Below, in pieces: positions 9,022 through 20,352 of a stretch of DNA of 64,000 bases (position 1 is its first letter; each line of letters starts with the position of its first letter). The position numbers and the translations under genes are program-made. The stretch lies in NCBI GenBank assembly GCA_044345405.1, contig JBIJBE010000001.1, positions 1-64,000 of the forward strand, written 5' to 3'. The notes beneath the pieces are model-generated. The model had not been told where the DNA came from. It made no database searches and worked only from the letters and a program-made list of their open reading frames with translations. The DNA comes from Bdellovibrionota bacterium (lineage in GTDB: Bacteria > Bdellovibrionota_C > UBA2361 > OMII01).

Positions 9022-9984
9022 GTGAAATTTAGAGACTACTACGAGGTGCTCGGCGTATCCCGGACGGCTTCCGCTGATGATATTCAGAAGGCCTACCGCA
9101 AGCTCGCTCGAAAGTACCACCCTGATATCAATAAAACGAAGGAGGCTGAGGATCGCTTCAAGGAGATCAACGAGGCCAATGAGGTGTTGAGCGATCCTGA
9201 GAAGCGTAAGAAGTACGACACGCTGGGCGCCAACTGGAAGGCCGGACAGGAGTTCCGGCCACCTCCGGGATGGGAGCAGGCCGCCGGATTCGACTTCAAC
9301 GGCGGTGGAATGAACGGCTTCAGCGATTTCTTTGAGGCGTTCTTTGGTGGCGGTGGATCGCCGTTCGGTGCCGCTGGGGGCTTCGGTGGAGCTGGTGGTT
9401 TTGGTGGCCAGGCCGGTTTTGGTAGTCAGTCCGCCTTCGGATCTGCCGGGGCTCGGATGCGTCGTGGGCCCGAGCCTATGGAGGCGGAGTTCGAGATCTC
9501 TATCGAGGATGCCGTTACCGGAGCGACGAGACAGATTCAGCTTCGTGATGAGAGCGGGAAAACCCGTTCGCTCACCGTAAAGATTCCAGCTGGTACTACC
9601 GATGGAACAACGATGAAGCTTACGGGAAAGAAAGGGGAAGCGGATGTCTACCTCAAGGTACGCCTCGCGCAGCATCCTCGGTATTCGGTTGTCGATCACA
9701 ATCTGATCGTTCGCCTACCGGTGGCTCCATGGGAAGCGGCGTTGGGCGCGAAGGTAGATCTGCAATTGCCGGACGGAAGTATTAAGCTCTCTGTGCCTGC
9801 CGGCTCGCAAAGTGGCGGCAAGTTGCGTGTCCGCGGGCGTGGATTGCCGAAACGGGGTGGTGATCGCGGTGACGTACTCGCGGAGCTGAAGGTGGTCGTG
9901 CCCACAACATTGTCCGACTCCGAACGGGAGATTTTCGAGAAGTTAGCGAGTGTTTCACGATTTAATCCACGAAGCGCGGCCTGA
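9022..9984 (+). CDS. cbpA: DnaJ-class (CbpA-like) co-chaperone
   Basis: J-domain with HPD, G/F-rich linker, C-terminal DnaJ_C (PWEAALG), no Zn finger. Confidence 0.9.
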   Translation: MKFRDYYEVLGVSRTASADDIQKAYRKLARKYHPDINKTKEAEDRFKEINEANEVLSDPEKRKKYDTLGANWKAGQEFRPPPGWEQAAGFDFNGGGMNGFSDFFEAFFGGGGSPFGAAGGFGGAGGFGGQAGFGSQSAFGSAGARMRRGPEPMEAEFEISIEDAVTGATRQIQLRDESGKTRSLTVKIPAGTTDGTTMKLTGKKGEADVYLKVRLAQHPRYSVVDHNLIVRLPVAPWEAALGAKVDLQLPDGSIKLSVPAGSQSGGKLRVRGRGLPKRGGDRGDVLAELKVVVPTTLSDSEREIFEKLASVSRFNPRSAA

Positions 9985-10057
9985 GGGTCGAAAAAGAGAA
10001 AGTTCGTGGTTATGAAAGATGTAAGGCAGGCGTAACTGTAGGGGAATTACAACCGAT

Positions 10058-12703
10058 ATGGATTTAAACCGATTCACTCAAAAATCTCAGGAAGCTCTTC
10101 AAGACGCGCAGTCTCAAGCTGTTCGCCGTGGCAATACGGAGGTTGACGTTGAGCATCTCGTTGTGAGTTTGCTCAAACAACAGAACGGACTCGTGCCTCG
10201 ACTGTTCGAGAAGATGGAGTTACCGGTTGAGCCGTTCCTCGCTGAGGTTGAGAAAGAGCTTGATAAGCGACCGAAGGTTTCCGGTCCTGGTATCGAACCG
10301 GGCAAGGTGTATCTCACGCCGAAATTGGGGCAGCTCTTCGTGAAGGCTGAGGAGGAGGCGAAGCGTCTCAAGGATGAGTACGTCTCCGTAGAGCATCTCA
10401 TGCTCGCCGCTCTTGAGAGTGATCCGAAGGGGGCGTTCCGAAAGATCTGTTCAACCTTTAACCTCACTCGTGATCGCTTTTTCGCCGCTCTTAATGTGGT
10501 GCGGGGAAATCAACGCGTGACGAGCGCTAATCCAGAGGAGACCTACGAGGCGCTTGAGCGGTATGGTCGCGACCTGGTGAAGGAGGCGAGTAAGGGTAAG
10601 CTTGATCCGGTGATCGGCCGAGATGGCGAAATTCGGCGCGTCATTCGGATCCTATCGCGTAAAACCAAGAACAATCCGGTGCTCATTGGAGAGCCTGGTG
10701 TTGGTAAAACCGCGATCGTCGAGGGGCTCGCCCAACGGATCGTGCGAGGGGACGTACCCGAGGGATTGCAGGACAAAACTATCTTCGCCCTCGATATGGG
10801 CGCCCTTATCGCGGGAGCTAAGTATCGAGGTGAGTTCGAGGAGCGACTGAAGGCTGTTCTTCAAGAGGTGAAGAAGTCTGAGGGGCGCGTCATCCTTTTC
10901 ATCGATGAGCTTCACACTATCGTCGGCGCTGGTAAGGCGGAAGGGGCGATGGACGCTGGTAACATGCTCAAGCCGATGTTGGCGCGTGGAGAGCTCCACT
11001 GTATCGGCGCGACAACGCTCGACGAGTACCGTCAACATCTTGAAAAGGACGCGGCCCTTGAGCGGCGGTTCCAACCGGTGATGGTTGATCAACCGACCGT
11101 TGAGGACACGATATCGATCCTTCGTGGTGTTAAGGAGAGGTTCGAGATTCACCACGGTGTTCGTATTCAGGATAACGCCCTTGTAGCGGCCGCGACGCTC
11201 TCGCATCGTTACATCTCAGAGCGGTTTCTTCCAGATAAAGCGATCGACCTTGTTGACGAGGCGTGCGCTACTATTCGAACGGAGATCGATTCGATGCCGG
11301 GTGAGCTTGATGAGGTGACTCGTCGTATCATGCAGCTTGAGATCGAGGAGGCGGCGCTCAAGAAGGAGAGTGACCAAGGAAGTAAGGATCGTTTGAAGGC
11401 ACTTGTGGATGAGTTGTCAGACGCTCGCACGCAAGCCGACAAGATGCGCTCGCAGTGGCAAAAAGAGAAAGACGCGATTCATAAACTGCAAGGTGTTCGC
11501 GAGGAGATCGAGCATGTTCGGCGTGAGATCGAGATCGCTGAGCGTCAGTACGATCTGAACAAAGCGGCTGAGTTGAAGCACGGCAAGTTGCCGCTCCTTG
11601 AGAGACAACTCATTCAAGAGGAAGAGTCGATCTCCTCTGACACGGCGACCAGATTACTTCGCGAGGAGGTTACTGAGGAGGAGATCTCCGAGATCGTCTC
11701 TCGCTGGACCGGAATTCCGGTCACTCGCCTCGTTGAGGGTGAGAAGGCGAAGCTGTTGAAGCTCGATGAGATCTTGCATGAGCGAGTTGTCGGGCAAGAT
11801 GAGGCGGTGCAGTTTGTCGCTGATTCGGTACTTCGCGCTCGCGCGGGGATCAAGGATCCTCGTCGTCCGATCGGGTCGTTTATCTTCTTGGGACCTACCG
11901 GTGTTGGTAAGACCGAGTTGGCTAAAACGTTGGCTGAAGTTCTCTTCGATAGTGAGCAAAACCTTATCCGGATCGATATGAGTGAGTACATGGAGAAGTT
12001 CGCCGTGACTCGCTTGATTGGCGCCCCTCCGGGATACATTGGATATGAGGAGGGTGGACAGCTCACCGAGCAGGTACGTCGGAAGCCCTATAGCGTGATC
12101 CTGTTCGACGAGATCGAGAAGGCGCACCAAGATGTCTTCAACGTGTTGCTTCAAATCCTTGATGATGGTCGGGTGACCGACTCTCAGGGACGGGTTGTCG
12201 ACTTCAAGAACACGGTGATTATTCTCACCTCGAACATCGGCTCTCCGCATCTCCTTGAGGGGGTAACATCCTCAGGTGAGATTAAGGAGTCGGCTCGAGA
12301 GCTTGTGATGCGAGAGCTTCGTGGGCACTTCAGGCCTGAGTTCCTAAACCGAATCGATGAGATCGTGCTCTTTAAGCCGCTCTCGCTCGCTGAGATCACC
12401 AAGATCGTTGGTCTCTTGGTTCAGGATGTGCAGAAGCGTGTCGCTGAGCGAGGTGTCACACTTGAGGTTTCGCAAGCCGCGAAGGAATTTATCGCGAAAG
12501 CAGGATACGACGCTGTGTACGGCGCTCGACCCCTTAAGCGATTTATTCAGCGGGAGCTTGAGACCAAGGTTGCTCGGTCGCTCATCGCTAATGAGATCCC
12601 GGCTGGCTCAGTGGTCAAAGTTGATGTGGCCGGTGATAAACTTGAGGTCGCGCGAGTGACGGAAGGTGCCGCGGATCAGAAGGTTGTTTCGATGAAGCGG
12701 TAA
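10058..12703 (+). CDS. clpB: ATP-dependent chaperone ClpB
   Basis: Two AAA modules ([16 protein letters not shown]), long middle coiled coil, GARPLKR. Confidence 0.98.
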   Translation: MDLNRFTQKSQEALQDAQSQAVRRGNTEVDVEHLVVSLLKQQNGLVPRLFEKMELPVEPFLAEVEKELDKRPKVSGPGIEPGKVYLTPKLGQLFVKAEEEAKRLKDEYVSVEHLMLAALESDPKGAFRKICSTFNLTRDRFFAALNVVRGNQRVTSANPEETYEALERYGRDLVKEASKGKLDPVIGRDGEIRRVIRILSRKTKNNPVLIGEPGVGKTAIVEGLAQRIVRGDVPEGLQDKTIFALDMGALIAGAKYRGEFEERLKAVLQEVKKSEGRVILFIDELHTIVGAGKAEGAMDAGNMLKPMLARGELHCIGATTLDEYRQHLEKDAALERRFQPVMVDQPTVEDTISILRGVKERFEIHHGVRIQDNALVAAATLSHRYISERFLPDKAIDLVDEACATIRTEIDSMPGELDEVTRRIMQLEIEEAALKKESDQGSKDRLKALVDELSDARTQADKMRSQWQKEKDAIHKLQGVREEIEHVRREIEIAERQYDLNKAAELKHGKLPLLERQLIQEEESISSDTATRLLREEVTEEEISEIVSRWTGIPVTRLVEGEKAKLLKLDEILHERVVGQDEAVQFVADSVLRARAGIKDPRRPIGSFIFLGPTGVGKTELAKTLAEVLFDSEQNLIRIDMSEYMEKFAVTRLIGAPPGYIGYEEGGQLTEQVRRKPYSVILFDEIEKAHQDVFNVLLQILDDGRVTDSQGRVVDFKNTVIILTSNIGSPHLLEGVTSSGEIKESARELVMRELRGHFRPEFLNRIDEIVLFKPLSLAEITKIVGLLVQDVQKRVAERGVTLEVSQAAKEFIAKAGYDAVYGARPLKRFIQRELETKVARSLIANEIPAGSVVKVDVAGDKLEVARVTEGAADQKVVSMKR

Positions 12704-12725
12704 CACCATGAGTCCGGAACTTGGG

Positions 12726-12761
12726 AAGGGCGGCTATCACGACGATAGTCGCCCTTTTTTT
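12726..12761 (+). terminator. Rho-independent terminator after clpB
   Basis: AAGGGCGGCTATC-ACGAC-GATAGTCGCCCTT running into a T tract. Confidence 0.8.
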
Positions 12762-12882
12762 ATGAGGCACATGAGGGACCGCCCTTCGATTCAGCTGGTT
12801 ATGGTAAAACGCGCACTTTTTCGACGCAGACTCTTTAGATCCATACCCCGCAGGTCGATCCTAGGGGCAGGAGATTATCGAT

Positions 12883-13482
12883 ATGGTACTGCCAAACGAA
12901 GGGCCCGCGGAGATGCTTACAATCGGAATCCTGGTAGGAGCGATGGGTCTCGGGCTCTTCGGGGGAATGTTGTATCGGTTGGTTGGCGGAGGGCGAGGGT
13001 TCGGATGGCTTGCCGGCGGAAAGGGGCGAGCGGAGACCCTCGTCGACGAATTCTCCTCGAAGATATCGCTCATTGAGCATAAGCAGCGCGTGCTCAGTGT
13101 GTACACGAACGAATATTTTACAACATTCCATGAAGCCGGCTGGGAGGATCTCCAGATACTTGTCGATAACCTTCGCACCATCGAAACATCTCTTCGTGTT
13201 ATGATCGAACAGCGGCAGTATGCCCAGGTCGTTCAGGTTTGTGGCTATCTTTTGGGGCGAAGGTCGGCTGACTCCGACCGTTCGCTTGTTGATTCGTATG
13301 AGGGGTTGTCTCTGGTGGCGAACTGGCGCGAGGATTCGAGAGTTATCCTCCTACGACTGATACAAGCCACTACCAACTCGGCGGAAAGGACCGCTGAGCT
13401 AGGTGTGACCAGAAAGAAGATAACCCGCCGACCAACCCTTTTATCGCTAGCCGAACTCAGAGATTCGATGGGTGACTTTTAG
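12883..13482 (+). CDS. Hypothetical membrane-anchored helical protein
   Basis: 199-aa ORF with an N-terminal TM helix. Confidence 0.7.
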   Translation: MVLPNEGPAEMLTIGILVGAMGLGLFGGMLYRLVGGGRGFGWLAGGKGRAETLVDEFSSKISLIEHKQRVLSVYTNEYFTTFHEAGWEDLQILVDNLRTIETSLRVMIEQRQYAQVVQVCGYLLGRRSADSDRSLVDSYEGLSLVANWREDSRVILLRLIQATTNSAERTAELGVTRKKITRRPTLLSLAELRDSMGDF

Positions 13483-13551
13483 GTGTAGGATACGGTCCTG
13501 TATCTGTGTCCCTAACCCTTTGTAATTTCGGGGTGAATTGCCGTTGTACGA

Positions 13552-13585
13552 TAAGGCTCATGATCTCGTTGCCGCCAACCGATAT
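13552..13585 (+). promoter_or_regulatory. Sigma-28 (FliA)-like promoter upstream of fliL
   Basis: TAAG-N15-GCCGCCAA, with an overlapping alternative -10 ACCGATAT. Confidence 0.5.
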
Positions 13586-13618
13586 TCCTAGTGGCTAGGA
13601 AAACATCCGGGGGACGGT

Positions 13619-14218
13619 ATGTCAGACGCACACGCACCTAAAACAGAGGAAGCTCCAGCAGAGGGCGCGCCAAAAAAGAAGAGCAAGAAGGTGCTCTTTA
13701 TTGGCCTTGGTGTCGTGCTTTTGATCGCTGGCGCTGGCGTTCCGATGTTCCTTATGGGCGGCGCTCCAGAGGAGACCGCCGAGGCTCATGAGGAGGAGCA
13801 CCATGAGGAGGAGAAACACCTGGAAACAGCGGACCTCGGCTCGTTCGTCGTTAATCTCTCTGAGGCCACCTCTTTCCTCAAGGCTCACCTACTCGTTGAG
13901 TTTGACAACACCGTTGTTGAAAAGCAGATGAAGCCACACGCCGAGGGCGAGGAACACGCCGCTGAGGAGGGGGGAGGCGGACATGGCGGAGGAGAGAAAC
14001 CTGGCGCGGCGCCCCTTCCTGAATTCATGGCCAAGCGAGAGATTCAGATCAAGGACACTATCTTAAAGGTGCTTTCATCGAAGAAGTCTGATGATGTTCT
14101 CACCCCTGATGGGAAAGAGCGCCTCAAGGACGAGCTCATTGAGGGCTTAAACGAGGCCGTTGGACTTGAAGAGCCTCCGTTGACCGCGGTGTATTTCACC
14201 GAGTTTATCATCCAATAG
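13619..14218 (+). CDS. fliL: Flagellar basal body-associated protein FliL
   Basis: KKK followed by a TM helix, LGSFVVNL, IKDTILKVLSSK...GKERLKDEL and C-terminal VYFTEFIIQ. Confidence 0.92.
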   Translation: MSDAHAPKTEEAPAEGAPKKKSKKVLFIGLGVVLLIAGAGVPMFLMGGAPEETAEAHEEEHHEEEKHLETADLGSFVVNLSEATSFLKAHLLVEFDNTVVEKQMKPHAEGEEHAAEEGGGGHGGGEKPGAAPLPEFMAKREIQIKDTILKVLSSKKSDDVLTPDGKERLKDELIEGLNEAVGLEEPPLTAVYFTEFIIQ

Positions 14219-15518
14219 TCGCAAGCTCTCGCTGTAATTCAGCGTACGAGTTTTTGAGGGGGACCTTGTCCCCCTCTTTCTTGAGCGCTTCAGCCAACTG
14301 GGCAGGGACCTCTGGGTGGTGCCCTATCGCGTGAGCCACCGTGCTCGCGAACTTAGCGGGGTGCGCGGTGGCGAGTACCACACCGGGATTCGTAGAGCGT
14401 GTCTGAAGTCTTGACCGCTCCAGAGCGAGGACGCCTACGGCCGTATGCGGGTCGAGTACGTACCCGGTCTCTTGGAACGTTCTTGAGATCGTGGCGTTCG
14501 TTTCTTCGTCCGTGATCCGGTCCCCTGAGATCGTTGCCCGCATCCTTCCTAGCTCGTTCCCGTACAGGGAGAGGAGTCGAACGTAGTTGCTCGGACTTCC
14601 CACATCCATGGCGTTTGAGATCGTCTCATGTGAGGGGTGAGGATGATACTCGCCGGAACGAAGGTACTCAGGGAATGGAGCGTTAATGTTACACGCCGCG
14701 ATAAACTGAGCGGCTGGCATCCCCATCAGATGTCCGATTATTCCTCCGGTGAGGTTGCCCAGATTACCGCTCGGTACGGAGAAGATGGGGGCGCCCATCT
14801 GATGTAGCTTCAGGGCCGCGTACACATAGTAGAACATCTGCGGGAGGAGCCTCGCGATATTAATCGAGTTCGCGGAGGTGAATGCGTGGCATGAGGTGAG
14901 TTCTTTGTCGGCGAGCGCCTGTTTCACGAGCGCTTGGCAGTCATCGAACGTTCCATCCACCTCGTACGCCGTGACGTTGTGCCCCAACGTGGTCATCTGC
15001 TTCTCTTGTACGAGGCTGACCTTTCCCTTTGGGAACAATATCGCCACCCGAATAGGTGGTGAGGTTGATTCATTGAAGAAGGCGTTCGCGACAGCGCTTC
15101 CCGTGTCTCCGGATGTTGCTACGAGAACCGTCAGGGGACGATCCGGAGATCCAAGGAAATGGCGGAAGAGTCTCGCCATAAATCGGGCTCCGAAGTCCTT
15201 GAAGGCGCACGTTGGTCCGTGGAAGAGCTCAAGTATATGGGTATGCTCGGAGATCTTTCTGAGGGGAACATCAAAGGTGAACGCCGAGGAGCATATCTCT
15301 TTGATGGTGGCGTCGGGTACTTCATCAGCGAGGAAACGTTTGGCGAGCTCGTAGGCGAGGTTGGGAAAAGGGAGTTCGGAGAGTTGCGCGAGGGTGGCTC
15401 CGGAGAGATGCGGGATCTCAACGGGGAGGTAGAGTCCTCCATCGGGAGCGAGTCCTCGAAGAACCGCGTCTGACCATCGGTGGCGAATCGAGTTGTCCTT
15501 GGTAGAGAAGAGTTCCAC
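14208..15518 (-). CDS. thrC: Threonine synthase
   Basis: GLAPDGGLY, ELFHGPTCAFKDFG, ATSGDTG, SANSINIARL, TAHPAKF. Confidence 0.97.
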   Translation of the reverse strand: MELFSTKDNSIRHRWSDAVLRGLAPDGGLYLPVEIPHLSGATLAQLSELPFPNLAYELAKRFLADEVPDATIKEICSSAFTFDVPLRKISEHTHILELFHGPTCAFKDFGARFMARLFRHFLGSPDRPLTVLVATSGDTGSAVANAFFNESTSPPIRVAILFPKGKVSLVQEKQMTTLGHNVTAYEVDGTFDDCQALVKQALADKELTSCHAFTSANSINIARLLPQMFYYVYAALKLHQMGAPIFSVPSGNLGNLTGGIIGHLMGMPAAQFIAACNINAPFPEYLRSGEYHPHPSHETISNAMDVGSPSNYVRLLSLYGNELGRMRATISGDRITDEETNATISRTFQETGYVLDPHTAVGVLALERSRLQTRSTNPGVVLATAHPAKFASTVAHAIGHHPEVPAQLAEALKKEGDKVPLKNSYAELQRELATIG

Positions 15519-15521
15519 GAG

Positions 15522-16478
15522 CTATTCCTTGTGCGTAACGACCGCACCCGACGCGTTGATCTGGGAGACGTAGGGGATTGAGGAGATATCAAGAGCCGCG
15601 AAGGCGTCCCGCATCGCCGCGCCAACCCGATGAGCGCTCTCTTCGGATTCGGTAAGCGCGAATACGGAGGGACCAGAGCCTGATATTGAGCAGCCTGCTG
15701 CTCCGGCCTGAAGGGCGGCCCGCTTCGCCGCGGCGTACCCCGGGATGAGTTGCGCTCGCTCAGGTTCAACGATCTTATCCTCAAGGGCTCGCCCCATCAG
15801 CGCTACATCGTTTTTGTAAATGCCAGCGACGAGAGCGGCGACGTTGCCCCACTGGGATATCGCGGATTCGAGCGATACCGATCGTTTTAATACTTTCCGC
15901 GCGTCTTGCGTTTTGAGTTCGAGGTTCGGTGAGAGAACGGTAACCCACGCGTTCGATGGTGTTGGAAGGTGCACCACATCAAGGGGATCGTAACTTCGAA
16001 TGAGGACGAATCCCCCGAGAAGTGCTGGCGCCACGTTGTCAGCGTGCGCGGATCCACACGCGACCCGCTCCCCCTCCATCGCGAAGGGAAGAAGCTCCTC
16101 GCGCGAGAGCGGCGAACCGCACAGCTCGTTCGCGGCAAGAACGGCCGCTACGGTGCTCGCCGAGCTTGAGCCGAGGCCGCTTCCAATTGGAAGGCCTTTT
16201 CTGAGCGAGATCTCGATGCCGATAGCACCGAACGCGTTGGGATCTCTCGACGCTAGATGTTTGAGAAGCCCGACGACCGATACCCCAGCGGTATTCTTAT
16301 CGCTGTCTTTGCTGAGAAGACCGTTGTCCCCTGTAATCTCAGCGATCGTGACACCGGGGGTCGGTATTCGTCGAACGGTGACGGTGTCGCCGGGGGCGGC
16401 GACGGCGAATCCGAGAACGTCAAACGCGGAGCCGACGTTAGCGACTGTGGCTGGGGCGAAAACGGTTACTGAGCGCAT
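15522..16478 (-). CDS. thrB: Homoserine kinase
   Basis: APATVANVG, PIGSGLGSS GHMP motif, HADNVAP, SGSGP. Confidence 0.97.
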   Translation of the reverse strand: MRSVTVFAPATVANVGSAFDVLGFAVAAPGDTVTVRRIPTPGVTIAEITGDNGLLSKDSDKNTAGVSVVGLLKHLASRDPNAFGAIGIEISLRKGLPIGSGLGSSSASTVAAVLAANELCGSPLSREELLPFAMEGERVACGSAHADNVAPALLGGFVLIRSYDPLDVVHLPTPSNAWVTVLSPNLELKTQDARKVLKRSVSLESAISQWGNVAALVAGIYKNDVALMGRALEDKIVEPERAQLIPGYAAAKRAALQAGAAGCSISGSGPSVFALTESEESAHRVGAAMRDAFAALDISSIPYVSQINASGAVVTHKE

Positions 16479-16490
16479 ACACTCCGTGGG

Positions 16491-18947
16491 TTAGCTTGCT
16501 ATTCGAATGATGTCAGCGAAGACACCGGCCGCGGTTACCTCGGCACCCGCTCCTGGTCCCTTCACCACGAGCGCGTTTGGAGAGTAGCGCCGCGTTGAGA
16601 ACGCGACGATGTTGTCGCTCCCGGAAAGGGCGCAGAACGGGTGATTGAGAGGGACCGCGCGGAGTCCTATCTCAGCGCGACGTTCCACGCAGTCGATGAG
16701 CGCCCCAAAGAAGAGTCGCTTGCCATGCTCCTTCGCTTGATTCACCTGAGCCTCAAAGTGAGGATTGAGGGTTGGGAGTCGTTCCATAAATTCGTCGACG
16801 GACCATGAGGCGGCCTCTGGGGGAAGGATTGGGTTAATCGTGACCTGAGACACCTCGAAGGGGAGTCCGGCGTTTCGGGCGAGGATCAAAACCTTGCGCG
16901 CGACGTCGGCGCCTGAGAGATCGTCTCGGGGATCGGGCTCAGTGTACCCGAGCTGCTTCGCCTCTCGCACCGCGTCGCTAAAGGATCTTCCCTCGGCCAT
17001 CGAATTAAAGATGAAGCTGAGGGTGCCTGAGAGTACCGCTTCGATGCGATGAACTTTGTCCCCACTTCGCACCAGATCTCGAAGGGTGCTCAGTACCGGC
17101 AACGCCGCTCCGACGCAGGTCTCATGGAGGAACGGTGTGCGCCGCTCATGAGCCGCGGAGATGATCTGGTTATAGAGGTCGATCCCAGAGGAGATGCCTC
17201 GCTTGTTCGGGGTCACGATCGCGATATTCTTTCTGAGAAGTTTCGGATAGTGCGGGGGAATATCCTCACTCGCCGTACAGTCCACGAAGACGCAGTTCGG
17301 TAGATGCGCGGTTCGAATATGATCGATGAAGTCAGAGGCGACAAACGCGGGCGTCGAATCAGAGAGATCAATCGTAAAATCGAGCGCGTCATCGCTCTCC
17401 TTCGCGAGGATCATCTTTCGACTGTTCGCGATTCCTCGAAGCTGGAGGTCGAGCGCGAGGGACTCTCGCAGCACATCTTTTTGAGACTCAAGTTGCTTGA
17501 GCAACGTGCTTCCGATGAGGCCTGTTCCGATTATCCAAAGATTAAGGGTCTTCGCGCGGTTCGAGAAAAACTCGTCATGGAGCGCGTTAAGAGCCTTTGT
17601 CTCATCCTCGTTGGAGATAACCGCCGAGACGTTAAGCTCGGAGGATCCTTGAGCGACCGCCACAACGTTGATCGCGTTTGATCCTAACGCTGAGAATATG
17701 CGCGCCGAGATACCCGGCGTTTGTCGCATTCGTTCGCCAACGATCGAAACAATCGCCAGGTCCTCCTCGACGACAAGGGGTGAGATCATCCCGGCTTGAA
17801 TCTCAAGTGAGAACTCCTCGTGCACCGCGGCTCGCGCAGACTCAATCGACATTGGGTCGATAGCGCAGCAGATCGTGTGTTCTGATGAGGCCTGTGTAAT
17901 GAGGATGATGTTGATGCGGGCGGCCGCGAGCGCTTTGAAGAGTCTCGCCGCTATACCGGCTACTCCCACCATGCCGCTTCCCTCAAGTCGGATGAGGGCG
18001 ATGGAACCAATTGAGGATATGCCAGTAATCGGGTAGGGGAGTGTCGCCGCGTTTTCAACGATCCTCGTCCCGAGGCTATCGGGCTTTAAGGTGTTCTTAA
18101 TGACGAGTGGGATGTGCGCGTCGATAGCGGGTTGCATCGTGGGTGGGTAGATGACCTTCGCGCCGAAGTGACATAACTCCATCGCCTCCTCAAAGGTGAT
18201 CTCCGGTATCGGGAACGCTTTGGGAACCTTTCGTGGGTCGGCCGTTAACATTCCATCGACATCGGTCCATATCTCGATCTCATCGGCGTTGAGCGCCGCT
18301 CCAATGATCGACGCGGTGAAATCCGAGCCTCCTCGGCCGAGTGTCGTTGTTAATTCGGTGTTCGATGTGCCGATAAATCCGGTGATGATCTGAAGCTTCG
18401 GATGAGAAGCGAAGTACGCTTGCGTCGCGCGCTCCGTCCTTTCCTTATCAGGGCGAGCGTTGCCGAACATTTCGTTTGTCCACACGATCTCTCTCGCGTC
18501 GAGCATCTCCGCTTCATGTCCACGAGAGATGAACGCCTCGGAGACGATGAACGCTGAAAGACGCTCTCCAAAGCTCATGATGAGGTCGAGGGTGCGAGGG
18601 CTGCACTCACTGACGAGGGTGATTCCATGGAGGAGATCCCCGAGCTCATTCAGAGTGACCTTGGAGCTCGCGAGGATGGCGCTCCTTCGAGCTACGGGAA
18701 CGAGGGCCTCAATAGCCTCAAGGTGGCGCTTCTCAAGCGCCTGGAAGGTGGTCTTATAGGCATCGTCTCCCTTCGAGGCTTGGTGGGCGAGGGTAATGAG
18801 GGTGTCTGTTACCCCTTGAAAGGCAGACACGACTATTCCGCGCACCTCACCTGGCGCGTACCTGCCTGCATCTGTCACTAACGCTATGATTGAGGCTATG
18901 CGCTCTGGGGTGCCAACGGATGAGCCACCGAATTTAAGGATCTTCAC
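16491..18947 (-). CDS. thrA: Bifunctional aspartokinase/homoserine dehydrogenase I
   Basis: KFGGSS, TLGRGGSD, two ACT domains and an HSDH domain (GYTEPDPRDDLSG). Probable GTG start at 18947 with AGGA RBS. Confidence 0.97.
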   Translation of the reverse strand: MKILKFGGSSVGTPERIASIIALVTDAGRYAPGEVRGIVVSAFQGVTDTLITLAHQASKGDDAYKTTFQALEKRHLEAIEALVPVARRSAILASSKVTLNELGDLLHGITLVSECSPRTLDLIMSFGERLSAFIVSEAFISRGHEAEMLDAREIVWTNEMFGNARPDKERTERATQAYFASHPKLQIITGFIGTSNTELTTTLGRGGSDFTASIIGAALNADEIEIWTDVDGMLTADPRKVPKAFPIPEITFEEAMELCHFGAKVIYPPTMQPAIDAHIPLVIKNTLKPDSLGTRIVENAATLPYPITGISSIGSIALIRLEGSGMVGVAGIAARLFKALAAARINIILITQASSEHTICCAIDPMSIESARAAVHEEFSLEIQAGMISPLVVEEDLAIVSIVGERMRQTPGISARIFSALGSNAINVVAVAQGSSELNVSAVISNEDETKALNALHDEFFSNRAKTLNLWIIGTGLIGSTLLKQLESQKDVLRESLALDLQLRGIANSRKMILAKESDDALDFTIDLSDSTPAFVASDFIDHIRTAHLPNCVFVDCTASEDIPPHYPKLLRKNIAIVTPNKRGISSGIDLYNQIISAAHERRTPFLHETCVGAALPVLSTLRDLVRSGDKVHRIEAVLSGTLSFIFNSMAEGRSFSDAVREAKQLGYTEPDPRDDLSGADVARKVLILARNAGLPFEVSQVTINPILPPEAASWSVDEFMERLPTLNPHFEAQVNQAKEHGKRLFFGALIDCVERRAEIGLRAVPLNHPFCALSGSDNIVAFSTRRYSPNALVVKGPGAGAEVTAAGVFADIIRIAS

Positions 18948-19206
18948 ACGGTTCCTACTAGTGCTCCGTCCCAAAAGTTTTTACACCTGCCGACGGAGCG
19001 TTCATGCGACGGGCCCTAGTGGTTTCTATTGTGTTTTCAACGCCATAGGCGTTAAAAACTAACAGCCCTAGTGCGGCAAGCGACATTTTCAAGTAAAAAA
19101 CGTTGTGGGCGCCGCACTAGAAATTCTTATCTCTTTTGAGGAACTTACCACGATATCTGGGGGGTAAGGAAAGGGAGAATGCGAGGTGAGGCAACTTGAG
19201 GGCGAA

Positions 19207-19281
19207 TCGGGGTGAAAGGATTTGAACCTTCGACCTCACGGTCCCGAACCGTGCGCTCTAGCCGGGCTGAGCTACACCCCG
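19207..19281 (-). tRNA. tRNA-Pro(CGG)
   Basis: Reverse complement reads CGGGGTGTAGCTCAGCCCGGCTAGAGCG CACGG-TTCGGGA-CCGTG AGGTCGAAGGTTCAAATCCTTTCACCCCGA. CCA not encoded. Confidence 0.97.
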
Positions 19282-19465
19282 ATATTCCTGAATAAGATAG
19301 GGGTATTATCGGATCCTGGCAAGAAAACTTAAGGGGCGGCTTAAAGTCAGGATCATTAGGCTACAGGCTGAATCAGTTCGCCCATAACCCAACTAGATCC
19401 TTCTGAGGGTGGGTTTTCCTTATGTGTATGTGGAGCCCTATCTCCCGACGGCGATCGTGAGCGGT

Positions 19466-20344
19466 ATGGAGCAGAATAAAGCGCATCAGAACCAGCATGA
19501 ACAACAGCACGAGGCGGCTCACCGTGACGATCTCACATGGACGCAGTACATCACTAATCTCGCCGCTAACAAACTCGCTCCGCCCAAATCACAGACTTCA
19601 AAGGTCCTTGAGGATTTTCTTACACGGCTGAGTGAGGAGCTCTACGTAAAGGGCGAGGGCCGTGTTCGAGAGCGTCTGAAGGGAAGCGATGGCGACGCCG
19701 TTAAAGACCCCGCGTTTGCATCTGCTGAGGTTAGTAAAGAAGGGACCGCGCCTCAAAATGGACTCGTAGCCTCGAACGTCGATCTTACGGGAGCGGAACA
19801 GGCGCTCGCACGACAGCAGGCGAATCCTGAACTCAATGTCGCGACCGCGAAGATGGATACCTTTTCATTCGCTGGCAACCAGGAGGTCGCTCGTCCGACC
19901 GGTCCGGTGCAGCAGCTCCATAACGAGATCATCGCGGGTAACCGATGGATCGATGTGTTATGGCAGTTTATCGCCACGCATCAGAAGCGGGTCGTTGATC
20001 CGGAGCGCCTTGGTATCGAACCTTCCGAGCGTATGGATATTCAAGTTGAGTTGATACGTCAGGTGGCCGCTTCGTACGAAAAGCTTGGAATGTTGACTCG
20101 TCTTCCTGATTCCTTGAGTGAGGCGCGCGAGTTGAAAGTTGTCGATGATATTCGAACGATGGCGCTTGTTTACGTGACGAGAAGTCTCATGGATGTCGCG
20201 TCACCGTCGGAGATCGCCGGCGATGACGACGAAAACGCTCCAAAAAAGAGGCGCGGTATTGAATTCCCGCGTTCAGTTGTTAGCCCGTACGAGGGGATCT
20301 CCCCGATTGATTTTGATCCGATGGAATTACTTTTGAACGTATAA
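19466..20344 (+). CDS. Hypothetical protein
   Basis: Long ORF, likely ATG at 19466, ending 8 bp before the next gene. Confidence 0.7.
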   Translation: MEQNKAHQNQHEQQHEAAHRDDLTWTQYITNLAANKLAPPKSQTSKVLEDFLTRLSEELYVKGEGRVRERLKGSDGDAVKDPAFASAEVSKEGTAPQNGLVASNVDLTGAEQALARQQANPELNVATAKMDTFSFAGNQEVARPTGPVQQLHNEIIAGNRWIDVLWQFIATHQKRVVDPERLGIEPSERMDIQVELIRQVAASYEKLGMLTRLPDSLSEARELKVVDDIRTMALVYVTRSLMDVASPSEIAGDDDENAPKKRRGIEFPRSVVSPYEGISPIDFDPMELLLNV

Positions 20345-20352
20345 CCTGAGAG

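Noticed and set aside
8965-12660. Long antisense or alternate-frame ORFs over cbpA and clpB (also over pccB, mutase, rplI)
   Set aside because: Shadow ORFs produced by the codon bias of conserved genes.
12726-12761. clpB hairpin (and the dksA one at 45439) as REP copies because they start AAGGGCG
   Set aside because: Each is followed by a U tract right after a stop codon and lacks the TTCC/TCCT loop and partner unit; they are ordinary terminators.
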